Below, in pieces: positions 1 to 7,885 of a stretch of 13,679 bases of DNA (positions within the stretch are counted from its first letter, which is position 1; every line of letters begins with the position of its first letter). The notes below the pieces were generated by a model, which was not told the origin of the DNA, did no database searches, and saw only the letters and a list, made by a program, of their open reading frames with translations. Source of the DNA: Octopus sinensis (lineage: Eukaryota); the NCBI RefSeq assembly GCF_006345805.1, contig NW_021826023.1, forward strand, positions 1-13,679. Direction: 5' to 3'. The translations under genes and the position numbers were made by a program.

Positions 1-32
1 CTGGATGCGGAACTCATTTGAGATCATGTATT

Positions 33-215
33 GAGAAAGGAGTAGCGTGGAAAAAGAGGAGGAGAAATGAGAATAGGGGTAGAGGAGGAGAAGAGGAGGA
101 TGGAGGAGAGGGGGAAGATGAGGGGGAAGAGGGTGTGAGGAGGAAGAGAAGGAAAGGGAGAAAAGAGTAGGAGAATAAGAAGGGGAGGAGAAAGAGGAGA
201 AGTCTAGAGAGAGGG
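33..215. repeat. Purine-rich (GAG/GAAG-type) low-complexity tract
   Basis: Almost entirely G/A on the plus strand, with degenerate gagga/gaaga units. Confidence 0.85.
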
Positions 216-269
216 CCTAATTAATGGATGTGAATTATTAATTAATGTTTATATAGCTTATATTTATAT

Positions 270-292
270 ATATCTTATAAATAAATATATAT

Positions 293-328
<36 letters not shown>

Positions 329-510
329 TATAGCATATAGTATTTTGTCTAATTTTATATAAATATTCCCTCATTATTTACGTTTATAGGTTTATTTTAG
401 TTGTTTTTAAATATAATTATATTCAATTACATTTAATTATACAATTATTTAATTATATCTAATTATTGAATAATTATTTTATAATTATTCAATTATATTT
501 AATTATATAA
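270..510. repeat. AT-rich low-complexity tract including (TA)n
   Basis: (TA)n run near 285-325, followed by degenerate aatt/tata sequence. Confidence 0.85.
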
Positions 511-544
511 CGTTGTTCACCTCACCCCATTTTTGCTCCAAATC

Positions 545-637
545 GTACGCACTTAGTAAGTTCCCTCTTTAATATTTGCTACCTTACTGTGTGCTCGGAC
601 CCTTGTGGCCAATAACGAAATTGTTATTATTATTATT
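545..637 (+). mobile_element. Possible 3' end of a retroposon with an (ATT)n tail
   Basis: cccttgtggc (600-609) is identical to 2051-2060 near the 3' end of the SINE at 1869-2087, and both are followed by a short A-rich spacer and (ATT)n. The 5' boundary is a guess. Confidence 0.3.
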
Positions 638-640
638 GAA

Positions 641-937
641 GTGAGGGCAGCTGGCCTAGTGTTTAGAGTGATGCATTCGTAATCGCGAGATCCTGGTTTC
701 AATTCCAAGACTGGTTTGTGTTTTGTGTCCTTAAACAAACACTGCATCGCACGTTGCTCAGCGATCACATCGACACCTGGCGGGTGGCACACAGAGCACC
801 TATTCAGATAATGTCAATATGATGGAAAGAGTGGGCTAATGCGCAGCACATACCTCTTGATCGATCTAAACATATCATTTGTGAAGGTAGTTCGGCAAAA
901 GATGAACATTCATACGTCGATTTCGACGAGAGAGTCC
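641..937 (+). mobile_element. tRNA-derived SINE with CORE-like central motif
   Basis: A-box-like tggcctagtgt (652-662), B-box-like ggtttcaattcc (695-706), CORE-like gtgtccttaaacaaacac (~726-743), 3' hairpin at 915-928, then an (ATT)n tail. The head resembles that of the SINE at 7886. Confidence 0.7.
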
Positions 938-985
938 ATTATTATTATTATTATTATTATTATATTATTATTATTATTATTATTG

Positions 986-1025
<40 letters not shown>

Positions 1026-1031
1026 TATTAC
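938..1031. repeat. Compound (ATT)n/(ATC)n microsatellite
   Basis: Direct reading; it generates the poly-Ile/Leu/Ser ORF 839..1075. Confidence 0.95.
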
Positions 1032-1536
1032 TGAGTGAGAGAGCTGTGCATGCCATCAAAGTAACGCTGGGTTAAAATATACGAAGCCCAGTATAACCAT
1101 CATTACTACCCGCCGGATAAGGGTATACCAGGCACATGCATCATAACCATATGTGCGTGACATGTTGACCTCATACCAATATAAACAGCCAATGGCCTTG
1201 CAGGTGGGGTCCGGTTAGAATTTTCTTCAAGTCGAGTAGCCCATACACCCATGTTTCCAGAGGTGAATTATTCAAACCCCAAAGAATCCCTCTCAACACA
1301 TGGCTATCATGCTTCCCAAGTACTTCTGCTCATGATCAGAGATGCACATATCAGCCACTAAGGGACATGGTCAACTGGTTAAGGTCAAACAACTGACAAG
1401 CAAATCTGTGGTATTGAGCAGAATATTTGCTGTGGCCCATCTTTTATACCAAGACAAAACAATGTCATGATAACACTTCCAATCAGTTAAGATCAGAAGC
1501 CATGAGAGCCACTGCCTGGTACTGCATCAGGACATT
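1032..1536 (+). mobile_element. Interspersed repeat of unassigned family, probably a non-LTR retroposon 3' region
   Basis: About 500 bp of complex sequence between two (ATT)n tracts, ending in a small stem-loop (cctg-gtactgcat-cagg) just before the (ATT)n tail. It resembles an octopus repeat I recall but cannot verify. No Pol III boxes or ORF recognised. Confidence 0.45.
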
Positions 1537-1582
1537 TGTTGTTATTATTATTATTATTATTATATTATTATTATTATTATTC

Positions 1583-1622
<40 letters not shown>

Positions 1623-1640
1623 CATCAATCATCATATTAT
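1537..1640. repeat. (ATT)n microsatellite with (GTT)/(ATC) variants
   Basis: Direct reading; it generates ORF 1427..1642. Confidence 0.95.
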
Positions 1641-1868
1641 AAGGTAGCGAACTGGCAGAATCGTTAGTACGTTGGATGAAATGCTTAGCGGTATTTCACC
1701 CGAAGCCGCATTCTAAGATCAAATTCCGCCAAGATCGACATTGCCTTTCATCTTTTCGGGATAGATAAATTAAGTAACATTTGAGTACTGGGGTCGATGT
1801 AATCGACCAGTCCCCACCTACAAATTTTCAGGCCTTTTGCCTATAGTAAAAAGGATTATTATTATTAT
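1641..1868 (+). mobile_element. tRNA-derived SINE, copy 1 of a tandem pair
   Basis: A-box-like tggcagaatcg (1653-1663), B-box-like gatcaaattcc (1717-1727), hairpin ggtcgat-gta-atcgacc (1792-1808), (ATT)n tail; aligns along its length with 1869-2087. Confidence 0.85.
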
Positions 1869-2087
1869 GTAAGCAGCGAGCAGAACCGTTATCACACCGA
1901 ACAGAATGCTTAGCAGCGTTTCGTCAGTCTTTATGTTCTGAGTTCCGCCAAGGTCGACTTTGCATTTCATCCTTTCGGGGTCGATAAAATAAGTACCAGT
2001 TGTACACTTAGGTTGATGTAATCGACACATTCCTTACCCCAAAATTGTTGCCCTTGTGGCAAAATTTGAAACCATTATTATTATTAC
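1869..2087 (+). mobile_element. tRNA-derived SINE, copy 2 of a tandem pair, both Pol III boxes damaged
   Basis: Colinear with 1641-1868 (aatgcttagc, ccgccaag, tttcatc.tttcggg, gatgtaatcgac) but lacks 4 nt of the A-box and 6 nt of the B-box; different extreme 3' end; (ATT)n tail at 2074-2086. Confidence 0.85.
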
Positions 2088-2312
2088 TATTCTTCGTTAA
2101 CAAAGTGAGATATCATTTGCGCTTCGATTGTTTTGGTGAAAATCCTTCACCCATGTTTGACTGAGTTATTGTCATTTTTAATTGTTTTGTTGGAATTATA
2201 ACCAGAAGTCAATGAAGCGAATCGGTCGATTTCCTTGACTCCTTTTAAAAGGGTTAAATTTGTTATTAAAATTCTTGGTTTAAGGGAAAATTTTTCTGGT
2301 AATTTAGACACA

Positions 2313-2790
2313 AACAAAAATTATTATGGTTCTCGTTACAATAGCAAATGAGAAAGGGGAGGCAGTAAGAGTGAGAACAGTAATATCATTGTAATGACCA
2401 GTGAGAACAGTAATATCATTGTTGTTACCATGATCACCACCACCAGCACCACGAGCACCACCACTATCACAACCACTTGCCATCCACACAACAACCACGT
2501 TCGTCACCACCTCCACCACCACCACCATCACTACCTGTAGTAACAACGAGTTTTCTTTTATTCTTTTATTCTTTTATTCTTTCACTTATTCCAATCATTC
2601 GACTGTGGCCATGCTGGAGCACCGCCTTTTTAGTCGAACAAATCGACCCCAGAACTCATTCTTTGCAAGCCTAGTACTTATCCTATCGGCCTCTTTTGCC
2701 GAAACGCTAGGTTACGGTGACGCAAACACACCAACATCGGTTGTCAAGCGATGGTGGAGGACAAACACAGACACATACATACATACATAC
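2313..2790. repeat. Dispersed direct duplication, copy A (partner 5668-6068)
   Basis: Shares aacaaaaattattatggttctcgttacaatagcaaatgagaaa, the (ACC)n tract, ctacctgtagtaacaacgagttttc and the SINE 3' half with copy B; offset 3355 bp. Confidence 0.95.
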
Positions 2791-2834
2791 ATACATACAT
2801 ACATACAAACATACATACATACACACACACACAC

Positions 2835-2884
<50 letters not shown>

Positions 2885-3032
2885 CGACGTGCTTCTTTCA
2901 CTTTCCATCTACCAAATTCAATGTCAAAGCTTTGGTTGGCCAGAGGCTATAGTATCCGAAGGTGCCATGTAGTGGGACTGAACTCGGAACAATGTGGTTG
3001 GGAAGCAAGCTACTTACCACACAGCCACTCCC
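2550..3032 (-). mobile_element. Near full-length tRNA-derived SINE with internal (CATA)n/(CA)n microsatellite
   Basis: Minus-strand head gtggctgtgtggtaag ... gagttcagtccc (A/B-box-like, 3032 down to ~2970), body to 2885, microsatellite ~2766-2884, 3' domain ~2590-2765, short (aagaata)-type tail ~2550-2585. The head is homologous to 3369-3515, 5331-5457 and 6987-7021. Confidence 0.85.
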
Positions 3033-3368
3033 TTTTTATGACAATCGCTCTACCGGTTAAAATAGCAATTTATTCTCTCCTGAAAAGGAAGCTTAACCGT
3101 TTTTGAAAATAAAGGAAACTAAGCCATATTGTGTAATTAAATTTTAGATAAACTATATTTGAAGGGAAAAGGAATAGGGGATAGCATTTCGTGAAAGGTG
3201 TATGAAATCTGGGTTGACTTGTGGGGGGTGGTGATAAGCAACAACAACATCAACAACACATCCACCACAACAGCCACAACTATTACACCACACCACCATC
3301 ACTACTACTTCTACCAATACTACGATCACTAACACCATCACTACAAAGTGACAGTGCAACCACTTTTA

Positions 3369-3515
3369 GCTGGGGTGAGGCTGTGTAGTAAGAAGCTTGC
3401 TTCCCGGGTTCAGTCTCACTGCCTGGCACCTTCGGCAAGTGTCTTCTGCAATAGCCTCGGGCCGACCAAAGCTTTGTGAGGGCGTTACGTAGACGAAACT
3501 AAAAGAAACCTGTCG
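3369..3515 (+). mobile_element. 5' half of the same SINE family, opposite orientation
   Basis: ggctgtgtagtaagaagcttgcttcc, gggttcagtctc, CORE-like ccttcggcaagtgtc, atagcctcgggccgaccaaagc; followed by the family's internal microsatellite; 3' half absent. Confidence 0.85.
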
Positions 3516-3529
3516 TGTGTGCGTATATA

Positions 3530-3565
<36 letters not shown>

Positions 3566-3637
3566 TGTATGTATGTATGTATGTATGTATGTATGCATGT
3601 ATGTTTGTATGTATGTATGTAGGTATGTATGTATGTA
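3516..3637. repeat. (TA)n/(TGTA)n microsatellite
   Basis: Direct reading. Confidence 0.95.
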
Positions 3638-4220
3638 TAGGGTGATTGAAAAGTAACTCCCTATTTTAAAATACTTATAAATTATTTATTAACTATAAAT
3701 TTTTTCTCAAATTTGTTGTGTATGTTCTTTAATATATGGGAATTGATTCTGTTGTTTTTTATCAGATCGATTATTTTATTTGAAATTTAGAAGCCCTACA
3801 AACATGGCTGGACATCTTTCTGTGCAGTAGCGTACACAGCTAGCGGTACGCGACGAAGTTTGGAGTTCAATTGTTCAAGTGCAAAGATATCGGAGGACCA
3901 TAGAGGAAGACATGCTCAAGTTGATGCAAAGACGATTCAAGAATTGTCATGCAAAAGTAATGACTACAAGATATTTAGCTGATACTCGAAGAATTGGTCC
4001 TTCCAATTCGTCGAGGTTCGCATGACTGACCGGCCAAAAGCCCTGATTTATCACTCTGCGACTTTTTTCTTTGGGGTTGGTTAAATGAGAAAGTCTACTC
4101 TACCAAACCAACGAATTTGGGAGGACTTGAAGGGTGAATACGAGAATTTATGTCTTCCATACCACAAGAATCAGTTGATGCGATTCCCTGGTGACTTGAG
4201 AAGCTGGTGGTAAATCTATA
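3638..4220 (+). mobile_element. Tc1/mariner (IS630-Tc1-mariner) transposon remnant, internally deleted
   Basis: TA (3636-37) followed by a TIR-like start (t/c)agggtgattgaaaagtaac. ATG at 3804 gives a decayed N-terminus (MAGHLSVQ*RTQLAVR... GRHAQVDAKTI/KNCHAKVMTT across frameshifts). The frame from 4012 reads RRGSHD*PAKSPDLSLCDFFLWGWLNEKVY, matching the WPxRSPDLxPxDFFLWG motif that carries the last catalytic Asp. No right TIR found. Confidence 0.85.
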
Positions 4221-5330
4221 ATAATAGATATTTCCGCAAATAAAGCGCTTGACAGGAACACTATGAAATTAAAAGTTGAGGCCCAAGAAAAACTTATTGC
4301 ACCGGTTTCATTTCTTTTCCGAAAGCGGAATTAAACCAGCCATGGACAAGCTGAGACCAGAAGGACTTTCTGAATAGCATACCTAACAAAAAAAAAAATA
4401 CCTTGAATGTTTTTAGAAGTGTGGTCCGTCTGATGACAAGGCATATCTCATGCAGCCCTCTTCTCAAAAACGGTTGCTCCTGCCAGGAATTAAACTTTAC
4501 TGAGTGTATGAGCATTTTATTAAATAGATCAATATGTCAAAAGCATCGAACGTTTCGAAACATTTCACTGACGTATGGTACTGGGGAAAATGCAGCCCAG
4601 ACACACATAAGGTAAAGCACATGTCTCCCTCCATAAACAAGGGGAAACACGAGGGATCACTATAATCTCTTGCTAACTTAATAAACAAAGACAGACATAC
4701 ACAGAAAAATCACGCTGCTATCGGAACATTTAACCGTTCTGTCATTCCTGCGTCATGAATCGCCTACGTACATTTTCCTGGACATTTTCTCTGTTGCTAT
4801 TGTTGTTGCTGTTATTTTTTATGTGGTTGTTGTTGTTGCTGCTGCTGCAGTAGAAGAATGGGCGGTTGACATGCCAGCCGTGTTAAATAAATCCATAATT
4901 ATAACCTATGGAAGGAAACAAACATTTTTTTTTCTTTGGTTCTTTGTCTAATCTTTGTTGTTATTTGATCGTTACATCTACATCTCTCGGACACAGTTTG
5001 ATAGTCGAAAGGTCAAATTTAACATACAGAACTATATTTGAGTTTTTATTTTATTTATTCTTTATTCATTTTTTTTTTTGCTGCATATAACTCAAATAAT
5101 CAGACATTACTGTCTACCAAGTGACAATGAGGAAGTCTCGGTGTAGTCATTCGAATTGCTAGAAGCAACAGCGAAACATCCCCCAAAGTGCACATTTCAA
5201 GATGAAGAGAAACGAAAACAGAAACGGTATATAATGTAGTGCTACATGAAGCACTACATTATATAATGTGTTCTCCCAACAACGTGAGCATAGCTAGAAC
5301 GCACTTGAACAGGGTTCAGGGTAGCTAAGC

Positions 5331-5457
5331 TCAGTTTCCGTCTACCAAACTCACTCACAAGGTTTTGGTCGGCCCGAGGTTATAGTACAAGACACTTTCC
5401 CGAGGTGCTACGCAGTAGGACTGAAACTGGAACCATGTGTTGGGAAACAAGCTTCTT
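5331..5457 (-). mobile_element. SINE 5' fragment, same family as 2550-3032
   Basis: tcagtttccgtctaccaa ... tttggtcggcccgagg ... ggactgaaactggaaccatgtg aligns with 2895-3015. Confidence 0.85.
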
Positions 5458-5667
5458 TATTTCATTATATTGGCCATAAAGGCCTTACATAGAGAAAGGA
5501 AGCTGCGAGTTGGACACAGACATTATGTTATATGAAATGAAAAATGAAAATGAGGATTAATGGGATGGGGGGGAAAGCGACGCCCGCCCATCGTTCTTTC
5601 CCGAGAACATTGATCTTTATATCATTCATGAGGCAAAAAACCTCTTACATTGTTCACCATATTCAAT

Positions 5668-6068
5668 AACAAAAATTATTATGGTTCTCGTTACAATAGC
5701 AAATGAGAAATGAGTATTAGTAAGAGGAATGACCAGTGAGAACAGCAATATCATTGTTGTTACTATCACCACCACCACCACCACCATTTGCCATCCACGC
5801 AACAACCACGTTCGTCACCACCACCACCACCACCACTATCACTACCTGTAGTAACAACGAGTTTTCTTTTATTCTTTTATTCTTCTATTCTTTCACTGGT
5901 TTAAATCATTCGACTGCGGCCATGCTGGACAACTCATTCTTTGCAAGCCTAGTACTTATCCTATCGGCCTCCTTTGCTGAACCGCTAAGTTACGGGGACG
6001 TAAATTCACCAACATCGGTTGTCAAGCGATGGTGGGAACAAACACATACATATACACACACATACATA
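5668..6068. repeat. Dispersed direct duplication, copy B; includes the SINE 3' half (~5860-6045, minus)
   Basis: Colinear with 2313-2790; lacks A's 2619-2652 segment and A's extra 23-nt unit; homology ends in the microsatellite at ~6068. Confidence 0.95.
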
Positions 6069-6375
6069 GGAACTTTCAACAACACTGAGGCTTTTCAACC
6101 TCTTATCCATATTCCTCCTCAACATCGCTTGTGACCCCATCCTCCGCCATCACCCATGCCTCATTTAAGCACAGAGGTGTCAAATAGCTACCACCCCGTT
6201 GCATATTTGACTCCCCTGGAGATACTCTGCCAACTCCCTTTCGATAACATTCTTTTGAAACAGGGCGATGGTGTCGAGCGACTTGGAGTAAGTCCACAAC
6301 ACCACCGTTCTCTATTTCATAGCTTTTCAACCACTGTTTGGGTGGGACAATTTCCCACTCCTTGTTCTTTGCCAT

Positions 6376-6560
6376 GTTTTTTTTTAAATTAAGTCCAAAA
6401 GCAGTTCAGATAAAAAATTCTAAAAAAGGAAGAAAAAGGCAGAAATCAAAAGAAAATCACAACAAAAAGGAAGGAAGAAAAAAAAACAATTCAATAAAAA
6501 GAAAGTCACAAAAAAGATTGAAGAAGGAAAGAAAACAGTCTACAGTTAAAAAAAACACAG
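6376..6560. repeat. A-rich (AAAG/AAAAG-type) low-complexity tract
   Basis: Direct reading; it generates the Lys-rich part of ORF 6338..6781. Confidence 0.85.
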
Positions 6561-6733
6561 CAAGCAAAAATTCTGGCTACTCGGTAATCCAGGCCTATTT
6601 GGTAATCCGACTTGAACCCGGAACGCCAAAACTTGGAACACAGCTTCTACAAAAATTGGTAAAAGAAGATGTAGCTTCGGGGAATTCTCACAATTTTTGG
6701 AAAAAAAAAAACTATTCACTAAAAGTGAACAAA

Positions 6734-6784
6734 TTTTTTGGAAGCGAGATACGCCTCCAAAACCAAAAATTTCACAATTAAGTA
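6734..6784. repeat. ~50-bp hairpin-containing direct repeat, copy 1
   Basis: ttttttggaagcgagatacgcctccaaaaccaaaaatttcacaattaagta; the same as 7784-7831 except for three single-base indels in runs. Confidence 0.9.
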
Positions 6785-6986
6785 AGAAAACTACTCACTC
6801 AACTGTAGGAGACCAGAGTCCAGAATCCAGTGAGGACTTCTTGTTTGTAACAAAATAATTACGGCAAACAACAAGCCCCCACCGGACCCCAAAATCAAAA
6901 GTCTTACCTTACAGTTCAGCTTTTTTAATCACTATTTCACCAGCTTCAAACCTGGTGACTCCTATCAGTGGTACCAACAACACATG

Positions 6987-7021
6987 CGCAGTGGGAAGCA
7001 ATCTTCTAACCATACAGCCAC
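6987..7021 (-). mobile_element. Short SINE head fragment, same family as 2550-3032
   Basis: cgcagtggga|agcaatcttctaaccatacagccac matches ~2968-3029 once a 26-nt internal deletion is allowed. Confidence 0.6.
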
Positions 7022-7029
7022 TTATGGGT

Positions 7030-7030
7030 A

Positions 7031-7066
<36 letters not shown>

Positions 7067-7070
7067 ATAT

Positions 7071-7106
<36 letters not shown>
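7030..7106. repeat. (TC)n-(TA)n compound microsatellite
   Basis: Direct reading. Confidence 0.95.
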
Positions 7107-7124
7107 CTTGGAAATATATGTATA

Positions 7125-7649
7125 CTAGGCTTTTATGCTAGTATATAGCTTTTTAGCCACGAACCCCGAATGGGAAGATCTGCAAACAGACCTTTGACTT
7201 GTTTTGGAGAATTTGTTGCAATTGCTTCCTCCAGAGTCATATCCCAATCATGATCATATTCGTCGCAAAAAATTACGTCAAAGAAATCGCCGAAAACAAT
7301 CGCAGAAATGAAAATATAGGAATCCAAAATTTCAAGATAGCAGGTCTAGATTCGGCCCGGAATGTTTTTAATTTACTCGCTGATTTGGCCTTTAGATTAT
7401 AAAAATTATTATCATAAAAAAAGATTAGTCGCAAAAATTCAAGTAAAAAATCGCCGAGAACAATCACAGTAATGAAAATTTGAGAATCCGAAATGTCAGG
7501 ATTGTGGGTCCGGATTCGGCTCAGAATGTTTTAATTCACTCATGAAGTCAGCTTGATTCCAAAATGGTATGATGTGCTGGGCTATGGCATCTAGGAGTAA
7601 AGTTGAAAAAGTGTGACACACTGACATTCACATTATTTATTATATTAGA
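7125..7649 (-). mobile_element. Non-autonomous Helitron derivative carrying a RepHel coding fragment
   Basis: The minus strand begins A|TCTAATATAATAAAT (7650|7649) and a CTAG|T occurs at 7128-7125|7124, fitting the TC...CTRR / AT-target rule. 7264-7181 encodes DEYDHDWDMTLEEAIATNSPKQVKGLFA, resembling the RepHel linker motif EDDxxWxxxLxEAxxxxSPxQLRxLFA. Two ~115-bp imperfect internal repeats. The usual GC-rich 3' hairpin is not evident, so the 3' boundary is uncertain. Confidence 0.7.
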
Positions 7650-7701
7650 TATGTTTAATTTTCGGGAAACTTAATTTCATTTCAAGTGTATTTTATATAT
7701 A

Positions 7702-7733
<32 letters not shown>

Positions 7734-7738
7734 TATAT

Positions 7739-7783
<45 letters not shown>

Positions 7784-7787
<4 letters not shown>

Positions 7788-7831
7788 TTGGAAGCGAGAT
7801 ACGCCTCCAAAACAAAATTTCACAATAAGTA
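7784..7831. repeat. ~50-bp hairpin-containing direct repeat, copy 2, embedded in (TA)n
   Basis: ttttttggaagcgagatacgcctccaaaacaaaatttcacaataagta, flanked by (TA)n at ~7693-7783 and ~7830-7881. Confidence 0.9.
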
Positions 7832-7848
7832 TATATATTATATATAAT

Positions 7849-7881
<33 letters not shown>

Positions 7882-7885
7882 GTGT

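Noticed and set aside
839-2952. ORFs 839..1075, 1427..1642, 2304..2546, 2477..2674, 2605..2952, 2707..2901, 2717..3106, 2751..2972 as genes
   Set aside because: They are translations of (ATT)n, (ACC)n, (CATA)n and (CA)n repeats and SINE sequence, with no domain content.
4430-4470. ctgatga as a hammerhead core or snoRNA box
   Set aside because: No downstream stem II plus GAAA, and no partner box with a terminal stem.
5736-6134. 132-aa ORF resembling a secreted or mucin-like protein
   Set aside because: It is built from an (ACC)n tract plus antisense SINE sequence within duplication copy B, and the paralogous copy does not keep the frame.
6338-6781. 147-aa Lys-rich ORF resembling a nucleolar or histone-like protein
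   Set aside because: The lysine richness comes from the A-rich low-complexity tract; no recognisable domain.
7262-7541. The ~115-bp repeats, or the ~50-bp hairpin repeats, as a CRISPR array
   Set aside because: Only two copies each, wrong length and spacing, eukaryotic context and no cas genes.
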